In this document: one piece after another, positions 19,797 to 30,050 of the stretch
How the letters are laid out: every line of letters begins with the position of its first letter
Position numbering within the stretch: the stretch's first letter is position 1
DNA from: Candidatus Dadabacteria bacterium
GTDB lineage: Bacteria; Desulfobacterota_D; UBA1144; Nemesobacterales; CSP1-2
Length of the DNA stretch: 64,000 nt
Reading direction: 5' to 3'
Assembly: GCA_963805855.1 (NCBI GenBank)
Contig: CAWDVW010000006.1
Span: 192,001 to 256,000 of the forward strand
The notes under the pieces: model-generated
Told to the model about the DNA's origin: nothing
The model's database searches: none
Seen by the model: only the letters and a program-made list of their open reading frames with translations
Translations under genes and position numbers: made by a program

Positions 19797-20588
19797 ATGA
19801 TTATGAAATTTGAGCTTATTAATTACGAACGGCAACCCGGCGAGATTGGAATTCTTACGATTAACCGTCCGAAGGTCTTAAATGCGCTGAGTTGGCAGAC
19901 ACTTAGAGAGCTAAAGGTGTTTCTAGAGGATATACTTCCAAAAGAGAACTTGAAAGCCCTAATAATTACAGGCGCCGGCGACAAGGCATTTGTTGCAGGT
20001 GCTGACATAGCAGAAATGAATAACATGAAGGATAGGGAGTTCCAGGAATATGTTGATTTTGCCCATAGGGTTTATGAACTTATAGAAAATGATCCCAGCC
20101 CGTGCATTGCAGCGATAAACGGTTATGCACTTGGGGGAGGGTGTGAACTTGCTCTAGCTTGTGATATCAGGATTGCATCAATTAACGCCAAGCTTGGATT
20201 TCCTGAAGTAAGACTTGGGATATTTCCGGGTTGGGGTGGAACACAAAGGGTTACGAGAATTCTCGGTCTTGGAAAGACAAAGGAGTTGGTCTTCACAGGA
20301 GAGATGATTGACGCGCAAGAAGCCCTAAGAATTGGTCTGGTAGAGCGAGTGGTTCCACATGATAATCTTATGGACGAGGCAAGAAATTTAGCCCATAAGA
20401 TTGCGAAGAACGGACCAAGGGCTGTGCGGATGGCGAAGACGGCAATTAACTCCGGATCCGAAATGGATTTACAAAGGGCTCTTCTTCTTGAGAAAACGCT
20501 TGTGTCATTGTGTTTCGATTCCGAGGATAGGGTGGAGGGCATGACTGCATTTCTTGAGAAAAGACAACCAAGTTTCAATGGCAGATAA
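19797..20588 (+). CDS. crt: Enoyl-CoA hydratase (crotonase family)
   Basis: NRPKVLNAL, AFVAGADI, NGYALGGGCELALACD, PEV.LG..PGWGGTQR. Confidence 0.88.
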   Translation: MIMKFELINYERQPGEIGILTINRPKVLNALSWQTLRELKVFLEDILPKENLKALIITGAGDKAFVAGADIAEMNNMKDREFQEYVDFAHRVYELIENDPSPCIAAINGYALGGGCELALACDIRIASINAKLGFPEVRLGIFPGWGGTQRVTRILGLGKTKELVFTGEMIDAQEALRIGLVERVVPHDNLMDEARNLAHKIAKNGPRAVRMAKTAINSGSEMDLQRALLLEKTLVSLCFDSEDRVEGMTAFLEKRQPSFNGR

Positions 20589-20641
20589 TTAATAGGCTTG
20601 AACGTAAATAAACCCCATTTTTACTCAAGGAGGAACCAATA

Positions 20642-21055
20642 ATGTCAAAAGAAAAAACTCCGTTTTCCGACTTGTTCGATACTATAGAAAAGCAACGAAA
20701 GGAAATGGAAAAGGTTATGAAGCCATTTCTTGATCAGATCAAGAACAGCAAGGATGTAACTGAACCAATCTTAGAATTTCAGAAAACCTTCCTCGAAAAA
20801 TATATCGAGCTTCAAAAATCTTTGATGCATCATGCTATAGAAACTACTGGTAAGATCTTTGAGCATGTGGGGGCAGAACAGAAAAAGCACTCAAAAGAAT
20901 CGGAGAGAATAATGGCGGATGCAGGTATTCCTAGCCGGGTGAAGGATTATGTTAAAAGTGTACAAAAATTACAGGAAAATTGGCTGGAGCAGCTACAAGC
21001 CACAACAAAGATGATGGAAGATTTCCTCAAAAGTAGTGAAACGAAGCGGAAGTAA
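20642..21055 (+). CDS. Hypothetical all-helical protein (phasin/PhaE-like character)
   Basis: AGGAGG RBS; 137 aa charged amphipathic helices, no recognisable catalytic motif. Confidence 0.6.
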   Translation: MSKEKTPFSDLFDTIEKQRKEMEKVMKPFLDQIKNSKDVTEPILEFQKTFLEKYIELQKSLMHHAIETTGKIFEHVGAEQKKHSKESERIMADAGIPSRVKDYVKSVQKLQENWLEQLQATTKMMEDFLKSSETKRK

Positions 21056-21295
21056 GGGCGACAAACAGTTCAATTTGTGACAATATAAATTGCGAATTAA
21101 AGAGGTTTTTCGTTGCGGTGGGATTCTGTTGGTTAACTGTTACGTCAACCATCCTGTTCAAAGGCAGCCATTAAAGGTTTGAAAATCTCCTATTGTAAGC
21201 TTTTTTTTTCTAAGTTATTGGTCATCAACGGTCATGTATCGCTTTTATGAAGAGGAGCTTGGTTCTGATACGGTATGTCGTCGGAGTTTTGTTCA

Positions 21296-21640
21296 CTAAG
21301 AAATAAGGTCTCTCCAGGTCTTCCAGGCAAGTTCATGTTGTTTTAATACATTAGTCCATGTAAAGGACGGTACTACAAGAGAGGTTCCTTCCACTGATTT
21401 TAATCCTTCGGTCAGCCTACTAATCCTATCTTTGTTTTTGTCAGTTATTTCGGCTCTCCATCTACCTACAAAAATCCAGATTAAGGGGTTTATGGTTTTA
21501 ATTAACTTAAAATGAGAAAGGAGTGTTTCAACTGCATTTTCCAGTTTCTTCTCATCAGGCGGTTCTATGCTATGTCTAGTTATGATTATGCATATTGGCT
21601 CAAGATCGTAGACTGAACTCGCTTCGTAGTTTTTTCTCAT
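21296..21640 (-). CDS. Hypothetical protein
   Basis: 114-aa ORF with GGGAG RBS-like sequence upstream; no recognised motif. Confidence 0.5.
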   Translation of the reverse strand: MRKNYEASSVYDLEPICIIITRHSIEPPDEKKLENAVETLLSHFKLIKTINPLIWIFVGRWRAEITDKNKDRISRLTEGLKSVEGTSLVVPSFTWTNVLKQHELAWKTWRDLIS

Positions 21641-22003
21641 GACACAATCGTATCTCCCATGCTGTTGACAGCTAATTATTTATTACGAAGATGTGATTAG
21701 TTTACTGGAATTTTGACCTGTTCGGAAATACTATACAGTCAAAAGTCCCATAATTTCGTTACCGATAAAATTAATGGGGAAAGTCCAATAATTATGTTTG
21801 TAAATTTTCAATCGTATTGTTTTCCTTCAAGAAGCCCGGCGTCAAGCTAGGACATAAGTACCCGAAAATCGGTCTCTCATGTCAGTGTCAGAATCCCCTT
21901 AGAGCCATCGAAGGGGATGAAGCAACCGCATTAATCTGCTCAACTGAAGAAGGGTTTCTACCTTGCGAATTTGTTAGTACCTTTGCAAATGCGAATTAAC
22001 CAC

Positions 22004-22032
22004 TTGACAACCATATATTATTTATATAAATT
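22004..22032 (+). promoter_or_regulatory. Sigma70-type promoter
   Basis: TTGACA-17 nt-TAAATT in AT-rich DNA upstream of the MaoC gene. Confidence 0.5.
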
Positions 22033-22287
22033 ATCATTCGGACGCTAAAAACAGTCAGTTTATCATTTCTTAAGTTTTATGAATGATATTATTAAGTTAA
22101 CTCACTTCCCAACTGGATAAATTTCCTCTGCTATGGACCTGACAATCTGTTTCATCAGAATTTTTAATTCTAGAATACTAAGGTATATAAGCAATTGCGA
22201 AGAAATGGATGCTTCTAAACATGTAGAGAATCTAGAAACAGATGTGAACATAAAAGTTGAAAAACTTAAAGGAGAAGGTGAATAGCT

Positions 22288-23190
22288 ATGGGACTAAATA
22301 GAGAATTCATAGGACGTGAGTATGACCCTATCAATCATACTGTAACGGAAGAAGAAATTAAAGAATATGCATGGGCTATCGGTGCCCGTAACTTGAGTTA
22401 CTTTAATTATAATGGGGCCCTGAGTCCATTTGCTACCAAGGGCATGGCACCCCCGAGTTATGCGGTTGTTTACGAATTGCCGATACTTGAAAAACTCTGG
22501 GCCGACCCCGATCTCCATGGCGGGGAAGAGCAGGCTAAAAGAAATGTTCTGATGCTTGTGCACGGCTATCAAGATATGCATTTTTACAAACCGATCAGAC
22601 CCGGTGACAAGCTCATATTTAGGATCAAAGTAGCCAATATTGAAGATAAGGGGAGCGGCGAATTATTGATTTTCAATGCGGCAACTGCAGATGAGTCTGG
22701 AAACAAGGTTGTAGAGTCTGATTGGGGTCTTTTTATAAGGGGTATCGGTAGTGGAAGACAGCCCGAAAGGAAAACGAAAAGTGAACATCCTCCATCAGGT
22801 GGTGAAAGTCCTTTGGCGTTTCGGAAGATAATCAGAGTTCCACCTGATATTACATATAGGTATGCTGAGGCTGCACATGATAAAAATCCCATACATATTG
22901 ACGAGGAAGTAGCTAAGAAGGCGGGGCTCAAGGGTATAGTAGTTCACGGGCTTTGTACGATGTCGATGGCGATGAGGGGAATAATAGAATGTTACACAGA
23001 GAGTGATCCTACGAGGCTGGTCCACTTAGGTGTTAGGTTCTCCAGCCCGGTATATCCTGGTGATACATTGGTTTTGGATGGATGGGAGTTAGGCAAAAAG
23101 GGAGAAAATACAGTCCTGGGTTTTGAGGTATCGCGCCGTGACGATAGCGTCAAGGTTATAAAGGGCGGCGCGGCCGAGGTTACTATTTAA
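22288..23190 (+). CDS. Double hot-dog (R)-specific enoyl-CoA hydratase, MaoC family
   Basis: N-terminal LVHG.Q...F.KP; C-terminal hydratase-2 motif YA.A.HD.NPIHID...A...G..GIVVHGLCT, RFSSPVYPGD. Confidence 0.88.
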   Translation: MGLNREFIGREYDPINHTVTEEEIKEYAWAIGARNLSYFNYNGALSPFATKGMAPPSYAVVYELPILEKLWADPDLHGGEEQAKRNVLMLVHGYQDMHFYKPIRPGDKLIFRIKVANIEDKGSGELLIFNAATADESGNKVVESDWGLFIRGIGSGRQPERKTKSEHPPSGGESPLAFRKIIRVPPDITYRYAEAAHDKNPIHIDEEVAKKAGLKGIVVHGLCTMSMAMRGIIECYTESDPTRLVHLGVRFSSPVYPGDTLVLDGWELGKKGENTVLGFEVSRRDDSVKVIKGGAAEVTI

Positions 23191-23228
23191 TCCTTCTAGA
23201 TAGATAGCTTCGATATTAGTTTCAAGAT

Positions 23229-24947
23229 TTAATTTAATAGGACAGAGGTAGCTGGCGTGGCGTTATCCTTTATCCCACCCGAGGTCTTATCTTCATCAAT
23301 CTCATACTCTAAATCATACCTGGCATAACCAAAGAGTTTTACCTCGAGAAGTTCGAGTAAATCTGAGAGGGTTTCCTTGTTTAAAGCAGATATCATGGGT
23401 GATTGGTATGCCCTCTTAAGTCTATCTATGGTTTCCGTCGGGGCAGAGTCTATTTTATTGAACACAATGATTCTAGGTATAGATTCATAGCCTGTGCTTT
23501 CCAATATCTTATCAACTGAATCAATCCTTTCGTCCAGAAGTGGATCACTAGAGTCTGCCACATGTACCAGCAAAGAGGATTCACCCATTTCTTCAAGGGT
23601 TGCCCTGAATGCCTTTATCAATTCATTCGGTAAGTTTCTTATGAATCCTACTGTATCCGTAAGTAATATGTCTCTTTTACCCGGTAATATTAGTTTTCTG
23701 GTCGTAGGATTCAGCGTTGAAAAGAGCTTATTTTCAACAACAGCGTTACTTTTTGTGAGCGCGTTAAAGAGTGTAGATTTCCCAACATTCGTATATCCGA
23801 TCAAGGTTACGGTCGGTATTCCAGTTTCGGTTCTTTTCTTCCTTGTATGTTTACGTCTCTTGCTTATTTCCTCTATTTGCCTTTCGAGGAGTTCTACCTG
23901 TTGTCTTAATCGTCTTCTTTCCTGTTCAAGCTTTTTTTCGCCCGGACCCCTTGTTCCTATTCCACCTGCAAGTTGGGATAGCTCTATACCTCTGCCAGTC
24001 AGCCTTGGTAGCAGGTAACGAAGCTGCGCTAATCGGACCTGGATTTTACCTTCACTTGTTACTGCATGTTTTGCGAATATCTCAAGTATCAGTTGAGTTC
24101 TGTCAATCACGCCTAAATTTGTCTTTTCGGATATTGACTTTACTTGAGCAGGGGTTAACTCGAGATCAAAGATAAGCGAATCTGCACCTAGCTGCCTTGC
24201 CCTCAGAATAACCTCTTCCAGTTTTCCCTTTCCGATAAGATATCTTGGGTCTATCTGTTTTCTGCCCTGAATTGTTTTATCTAGTATTACTTTGTCCGCA
24301 GAGATGGCAAGAGATTCAAGCTCTTTAATTGAATTTTGCGCATCAACCCGTGAATTCGTATACACTCCTATGAGGAAAACACCGTCTTTTTCTCTGTGGC
24401 CGCCGATTTCGAAGAATGTTCTTTCGCTGTCATATTCAATATCTCTCAGAAACTCTTCGAAATTAATATCGATCTGTCCCAGGTCGTTGTAGTTTAATAG
24501 CTCCCACATCTTCCCTTCAGCATTCGGCGGGAGGATATGAGCTATTTGAAACTTACCTGGAATTCCACCGTCTCTTACCTCAAGCACCCCTATAAGATCG
24601 AGCCTTTCTTTCAACAGGGTTACAAGGTCAGGGTGTGACAAAACGGAGTCTTTTAGATGTGTGTGAATCAGCCGATAGCCTCTAAGTCGATACTTCGCCT
24701 CCCTCGAGCGTTGCAGTCGATCAAACGGTACCTGAAAGGAATCGCCAATAAAAAGAATCTCTATTTTCCCTTTCCTGTTTATTAAAACTGTTATGCTTCT
24801 ATTTATTTCTTTCGATAAACTTGAAAGTGTCCTTCCAAGCTCTAAGGTGATGATTTCTCTTGGGGGTATCCTTCTCTTATATAGTCTTGAGAGGTTTCGA
24901 AGATGGCTAGATTTAAGACCTGAAATATTTCCTAGAATTTTCTCTAT
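23229..24947 (-). CDS. hflX: GTPase HflX, long N-terminal form; probable non-canonical ATA start at 24947
   Basis: GYTNVGKS, LFSTL.PT, DTVGFI, NKID; frame stays open 102 codons upstream of the TTG (IEKILGNISGLK...RLYKRR...RLIHTH) with GGAGG 9 nt before ATA. Confidence 0.9.
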   Translation of the reverse strand: MEKILGNISGLKSSHLRNLSRLYKRRIPPREIITLELGRTLSSLSKEINRSITVLINRKGKIEILFIGDSFQVPFDRLQRSREAKYRLRGYRLIHTHLKDSVLSHPDLVTLLKERLDLIGVLEVRDGGIPGKFQIAHILPPNAEGKMWELLNYNDLGQIDINFEEFLRDIEYDSERTFFEIGGHREKDGVFLIGVYTNSRVDAQNSIKELESLAISADKVILDKTIQGRKQIDPRYLIGKGKLEEVILRARQLGADSLIFDLELTPAQVKSISEKTNLGVIDRTQLILEIFAKHAVTSEGKIQVRLAQLRYLLPRLTGRGIELSQLAGGIGTRGPGEKKLEQERRRLRQQVELLERQIEEISKRRKHTRKKRTETGIPTVTLIGYTNVGKSTLFNALTKSNAVVENKLFSTLNPTTRKLILPGKRDILLTDTVGFIRNLPNELIKAFRATLEEMGESSLLVHVADSSDPLLDERIDSVDKILESTGYESIPRIIVFNKIDSAPTETIDRLKRAYQSPMISALNKETLSDLLELLEVKLFGYARYDLEYEIDEDKTSGGIKDNATPATSVLLN

Positions 24948-25053
24948 ACTAAGGTTCCTCCGTTTTCGAACCCGAAATCAAGATTACAAAAATTATAACC
25001 ATCATTAACTCTAAGTACAAGGAAGTGGCGGCTCCAACTTGATTTAGGCTAGC

Positions 25054-25140
25054 GAATTCCCTGAAGCTTGCCGCGGTACTGGTCATTCAATGTAAGTGGG
25101 AGATTGCTTCGGGACTGCTTAAGTCCCTCACAAAGACAGG
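25054..25140. repeat. Inverted copy of REP-like family A with flanking shared segment
   Basis: GAGATTGCTTCGGGA...CCTCACAAAGACAG is the reverse complement of the CTGTCTTTGCGAGG...TCCCGAAGCAATCTC unit; GCGGTACT..TCATTCAATGTA also occurs near 30115-30136. Confidence 0.7.
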
Positions 25141-25249
25141 AGAGACGGTTTATTTCTGGGCTGACGCCCTGCGGCTCGCAGCGGGCTAATTGATTTGTAA
25201 ACCGTTAATTTATGAAATAAATTTAACCAATTATTATTTTTGATAATTT

Positions 25250-25783
25250 TTGGGTTTCATGTATTGCCTGGTCGATGGGAGAAGCTTAATGCAAGATTTT
25301 CGGGAAAAAATAATGAATATCGCTGAGAGAAAGAAGCAAACTGGCAATAAAAGATCAATCTTGCCTGAAGGTAATAATTCGAGTAGCAATTTGAAGGAGG
25401 TTATGAATATTTTATATGGCAAGTCCGAACTGGGGGTCAATATCTACAATGAAGCGACCGAAGGCGAAGAACTCTCGATATTTAGGCTTCCAGAAGAACT
25501 TTTGCAGGTATTTCTAAATGTTCCTGGAAACCAGATTGGATTTTGTTTAATCTCGGATCTTAAATTTGTCCTTTTTATTGGGGAGTCTCCAGATGAGGTT
25601 CTCGTCTTAGGGAAGAAAAGACAATCTCCCGGGAGTGGAGAAGCCTTTCTCACAAGAGCCATACAGCTAATAAGAATTAAATTTGAACACTCGGGAAATA
25701 CTTACAGCTACGAGGACAACACAGGGTCTTTGATTGACCCGGATGAGATAATTATTCATATAATTAATTGGGCGGTAATCTGA
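25250..25783 (+). CDS. Hypothetical protein
   Basis: Uninterrupted ORF; more likely start ATG 25289 (MQDFREK) after GGGAG. Confidence 0.6.
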   Translation: MGFMYCLVDGRSLMQDFREKIMNIAERKKQTGNKRSILPEGNNSSSNLKEVMNILYGKSELGVNIYNEATEGEELSIFRLPEELLQVFLNVPGNQIGFCLISDLKFVLFIGESPDEVLVLGKKRQSPGSGEAFLTRAIQLIRIKFEHSGNTYSYEDNTGSLIDPDEIIIHIINWAVI

Positions 25784-25988
25784 TTAAAGGCTAGGGGTAT
25801 AGAACCACATGAGTTAGAGATGCAAGGATTACGATAGATGCAATTAATCCAATTATGCCCAGTATGTATATGAAGGCTTCCTTTTCGTTCTTTTCCATTG
25901 GAGCGTAATTATAACCAGGCATGGTATTTTGTAAACAGCACGGAACACAATAGTTGCTTTGTTAGATTTTTTTGTTTAATTTAAATAC

Positions 25989-26885
25989 ATGATTGAATAT
26001 ATAAATCCGTTTTTTAGACCCCCTAGTGAAGGTAAAAGCTTCATCCTACAGGCAACTATTGGTTGTTCCCACAATGAGTGCACTTACTGTGCGATGTACA
26101 GAAAAGATCAACAGAGGTTTCGCGCTCGTCCTATGGCTGAGATAAAAACGATCATAGATGAGGCGTCTGAATTCGGTTACATTACTGACCGAGTGTTCAT
26201 TGCTGATGGTAATGCCCTAGTACTTTCGCAAAAAAAGCTTGTCGAGATTCTTGAGTATCTTAATTCGAAATGTGTCAGACTTGCGAGGGTAAGAATGTAT
26301 GCAAATGTGGGCGATATACTGAGGAAGGGAGTTGACAACCTTAAGGAGCTTAGAAATCTTGGTTTGGATATGGTATACATCGGATTTGAAAGTGGTGACG
26401 ATGTAGTTCTTGAGAGAATTAGAAAGGGCGCAAATTTTGAGGAAACCGTCAGGGCGTCAAGCATGCTTAAGGAGGCGGGTATAAAAAATTCTGCAATGGT
26501 TCTTCTGGGAGTCGGCGGAATCGAGAGAAGCACTGAACACGCTTACGCAACCGGAAGACTACTCACCGATACCGATCCCGAATATGTTGGTGCTCTATCA
26601 CTCCAGTTAAGGCCGGGGGCTCCGATTTACAAGGAATGGGAAGAAGGTAGATTTCAGCTTCCTGATAAGTTTCAAATGATAAAAGAACTCGAGATAATGG
26701 TAGAGAACACGAATCTTACCGACGGTTATTTCTTTTCAAACCATATTTCTAACTATCTACCAATCAAAGCAAAATTCCCGCGTGATAAAGAAAGCGTGCT
26801 TTCAAAAATTAGGGAGATTTTGGAAAGTAAAGATGAAAAATATATTCGTCCCGACTTCTACAGGGATGTTATAAATCAATATTAG
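25989..26885 (+). CDS. Radical SAM protein
   Basis: RPPSE..S.ILQATIGCSHNECTYCAMY (CxxxCxxC), FIADGNAL, GFESGDD. Confidence 0.9.
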   Translation: MIEYINPFFRPPSEGKSFILQATIGCSHNECTYCAMYRKDQQRFRARPMAEIKTIIDEASEFGYITDRVFIADGNALVLSQKKLVEILEYLNSKCVRLARVRMYANVGDILRKGVDNLKELRNLGLDMVYIGFESGDDVVLERIRKGANFEETVRASSMLKEAGIKNSAMVLLGVGGIERSTEHAYATGRLLTDTDPEYVGALSLQLRPGAPIYKEWEEGRFQLPDKFQMIKELEIMVENTNLTDGYFFSNHISNYLPIKAKFPRDKESVLSKIREILESKDEKYIRPDFYRDVINQY

Positions 26886-26897
26886 AAATGAGTCTGT

Positions 26898-27018
26898 AAA
26901 TTCCAAATTGCAAATACCAAATCTCAAAGAAATCCAAAAATACAAAACCCAAAATTTTGCGATCTGTGATATCTTGCTTGAAATTTGCTTGTAATTTGGT
27001 GCTTGGCATTTGGAATTT
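26898..27018. repeat. Imperfect long inverted repeat built from heptamer units
   Basis: AAATTCC AAATTGC AAATACC AAATCTC... versus ...ATTTGGT GCTTGGC ATTTGGA ATTT. Confidence 0.6.
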
Positions 27019-27082
27019 GGTTAATGTAGCCGCTCCATTGTGGGCAAATTCCGACGACTAAAGTTCTTAAAGGAGATTCAAG

Positions 27083-28021
27083 ATGAAAAGGATAGCCACC
27101 ATTTCTCCGGTCTGGGGTTCCAGTGTTGATGATTTGAGAGTGCTTGCAAAGGTTGCTGAGGATGCCGGATTTGAGGGCATATTCTCTCCCGAGGTGCCGC
27201 CTTATAGTGCGCTTGCCAATGCGCAGGTATTTGCGGAGGCTACTTCAAAAATAAAAGTGGGAACCTGGATCACTAATATTTATATGCGGCATGCTGTTGT
27301 TGCAACCGCTGAAGCGTTGACGATTCAAGAGATTTCAGGAGGGAGGATGATCCTGGGGTTAGGCGTGAGTCATAAACCAGTTAATGATCGTTATGGAATC
27401 GATATGGGTGACCCTCTCGAGGTTATGAGAAATTACGTAAGTGCTGTTAAATCGTTTGCAGACGGAAGTTCTCCGCTTCTCACAATAAAAAGACAACTAC
27501 CTAAATTGCCGGTTTATATAGCCGGTCTCACAAAGGGTGCAGCTCGATTAGCAGGCCAGGTTGCAGATGGCATTATGCCCTATCTGGCAACACCCGAATA
27601 TATCCAAAAACTAAAATCATACGTTATTGAGGGTGCCAATGAGGCGGGCCGGGACCCAACTGAAATAGATATTACGAGTGGTATACCTTCATTTATATCT
27701 GACGATCTGGAGGCGGCCCGTAATGCTGGAAAGCGGGGGTTGAGTGGTTACGCCAGGTTTCCATTTTATCAGAGGATGATTAGAAATATAGGTTTTGGAG
27801 AAGTTGTTGATAGGATACAATCTGGCGAAAATCCCGCCGAAGCCTTTTCGGACGAATTGTTAGATGCGATAGCCTTGGTCGGTCCTCCTGATAGAGCCAG
27901 AACTAGATTGGAAGAGCATACAGCCGCAGGAGTTGATCTGCCAATAATTGTTCCTGGCCCTGTAGGAAAACAGAGCAATGTCGACGTAATGAAGATTACC
28001 GTAGCTACATATTCTTCATAG
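27083..28021 (+). CDS. Luciferase-like monooxygenase (LLM) class oxidoreductase, possibly F420-dependent
   Basis: AEDAGF, AT..IKVGT.ITNIY.R, SGGR.ILGLGVSH, PVYIAG....RLAG.VADG. Confidence 0.85.
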   Translation: MKRIATISPVWGSSVDDLRVLAKVAEDAGFEGIFSPEVPPYSALANAQVFAEATSKIKVGTWITNIYMRHAVVATAEALTIQEISGGRMILGLGVSHKPVNDRYGIDMGDPLEVMRNYVSAVKSFADGSSPLLTIKRQLPKLPVYIAGLTKGAARLAGQVADGIMPYLATPEYIQKLKSYVIEGANEAGRDPTEIDITSGIPSFISDDLEAARNAGKRGLSGYARFPFYQRMIRNIGFGEVVDRIQSGENPAEAFSDELLDAIALVGPPDRARTRLEEHTAAGVDLPIIVPGPVGKQSNVDVMKITVATYSS

Positions 28022-28224
28022 GGTTTAAGTTGGTGTTGGGGGAAAATCTCTTGTATCCGGATGTCTTGCTGATCTGGAAGAAATGTGACATGTTACTTAA
28101 TGCCTGACGTGATCGATCCGATAAAACCAATACTTCTAGTAAATATTCAAGAATAGTCAGAATCCTATTTGAAACCTACCAATCCGGTTTCAACATATGA
28201 TGTTTTTTGTGACAGAACTCGTGA

Positions 28225-29835
28225 TCAAACAATACTATAGGTTTCTCTCAGAACGTTCCTTTTTATCTTGCCATTTGTAGTTTTTGGGATTGACTCTACG
28301 ACAACTATCTCTCTCGGACATTTATATCTCGCCAGTCTATGTTGCGCGTAATTGATTAGTTCATTCCTGATTTCCTCAGAATCAACCTTTTCTTTGAGTA
28401 CTACAAATGCAGTTGTGATTGTTTTGTCATCGCCCATGCTTATTCCTGTCACAGCGGACTCACTTACCGCTAGATGTTCATTAAGCACACGCTCTACTTC
28501 GAGAGGCGACACGCGGTAACCGAATGTCGTTATCATGTCATCGCGCCTACCAACGATCCAGAAATAACCTTCTTCATCTTTGTAAAATTGATCACCGCTG
28601 ATAAACATATCATTATTATACATTTGTCTTGTTTCGTCAGGTTGGTTCCAGTAAGAAAGCATGATTCCAGGATCATCTTTTGGTGTGGCCAATACTCCGA
28701 TCTCACCAACATCCACCGCTTCGCCCTCAGAGCCTATCAGGGTAGACTCGTGACCAGGCTGTGGTTTTCCGGGTGATCCGGGTTTTATGCGCATCCCCGG
28801 CATGTTGGATATATAGTAGCTGAATTCGCTCATTCCAAGTCCGTCGTAGAGTTCTATCCTTAATTTCTCTTTCCATAAAGTAAATAATTCCTTGCTTAGA
28901 TGTTCGCCGGCGCTTAACGCATGATTTAAGCTTGAAAGGTCTGGATTGATTTCTTCCGCTATCCGAATCATCTGTCTGTAAACCGTGGGAACTGCCATGA
29001 ACACATTTACCTGGTACTTTGTTATCAATTCGAAAAACTTCTTTGGCTCGTGTTCTCCTCCATATATGACTGTTGCGCATCCGTGACGCCACGGATCCAT
29101 GCACCCGGTTCCCAGTGTGTAAGTCCAATTTAATTTGCCTGCATGCAAGACCGTATAATTGGGTTTTAACGCCTGCCAGAATAAGGCGGCAGGGTCATGG
29201 GCTATCAATGCACGCTGTGCGTGCACTACACCCTTCGGATAGCCTGTTGTTCCAGATGTGTAACATATGTAAGCCACGTCGTTGGCTCTTGTTTCAGGTA
29301 CGTGGAGTCTAGTATTGCATCTGATGACTAACTCTTTTAAATTGATACAGCCGGAGGGAACAGGTGAGCCCACAATCAAAACTTCCTTGAATGCGCGATG
29401 TTTTCCCATTTGCGCTTCCACTTCTTCGAAGAGATCAGGGGTTGTTACAATTGCTCTTGCTTCGCTATCGTCAAGTATATAGCCGATCTCTTCCGAGGTT
29501 AGCATCGAGCTTGATGGAATAGGGACCGAGCCAATCTTGATGGCACCCAAGAAGGCAAGTGGAAACTCGGGGATATTGGGCAAGCGAATTATTATTCGGT
29601 CACCCTTTTTAAAACCAAGCGATAAAAGGGCATTGCCAATTTGATTAGTGAGATTTGACATCTCCAGGAATGTAAATCTTCTTGTTTCTCCAACTTCATT
29701 TTCCCAGTAGAGCGCTACTTTGTTTCTCAGGTGTTCATTTTTTGCTTGGCTATCTGTGCAGTCTCTCCCAATGTTATATAAGGGTGGTATTTTCCATTTC
29801 CATGTCCGACAAAGTTTTTCATAATTAAAATGCAT
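28225..29835 (-). CDS. Acyl-CoA synthetase (AMP-forming, medium-chain/ACSM-like)
   Basis: YTSGTTGYPKG, SAGE, DGLGMSE, GD...D..GYFW..GRRDD, PKT..GKI.R. Confidence 0.9.
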   Translation of the reverse strand: MHFNYEKLCRTWKWKIPPLYNIGRDCTDSQAKNEHLRNKVALYWENEVGETRRFTFLEMSNLTNQIGNALLSLGFKKGDRIIIRLPNIPEFPLAFLGAIKIGSVPIPSSSMLTSEEIGYILDDSEARAIVTTPDLFEEVEAQMGKHRAFKEVLIVGSPVPSGCINLKELVIRCNTRLHVPETRANDVAYICYTSGTTGYPKGVVHAQRALIAHDPAALFWQALKPNYTVLHAGKLNWTYTLGTGCMDPWRHGCATVIYGGEHEPKKFFELITKYQVNVFMAVPTVYRQMIRIAEEINPDLSSLNHALSAGEHLSKELFTLWKEKLRIELYDGLGMSEFSYYISNMPGMRIKPGSPGKPQPGHESTLIGSEGEAVDVGEIGVLATPKDDPGIMLSYWNQPDETRQMYNNDMFISGDQFYKDEEGYFWIVGRRDDMITTFGYRVSPLEVERVLNEHLAVSESAVTGISMGDDKTITTAFVVLKEKVDSEEIRNELINYAQHRLARYKCPREIVVVESIPKTTNGKIKRNVLRETYSIV

Positions 29836-30050
29836 TGGAGAGGTTGTTCAGTCGAATGAATTTTGTGTAAGAATTTACATTGATTTCAGGGAAATTCAAT
29901 TCTATATTACACTCTCATTATTGTGTTTTTCTTATGTTTGCTCAGGGATTCCCTATTGCTAAAGGATCATTCATTTGGTAACAAGGCTCTTCTGTAGCGA
30001 AGGATAGAAAAAAAGTCCTGTCCCCTGATTATAAGCGGAAAGAATTTCAA

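Noticed and set aside
21820..21960. Assignment as 6S RNA, SRP RNA or a named riboswitch
   Set aside because: Diagnostic conserved motifs were not found by eye; kept only as an unassigned candidate
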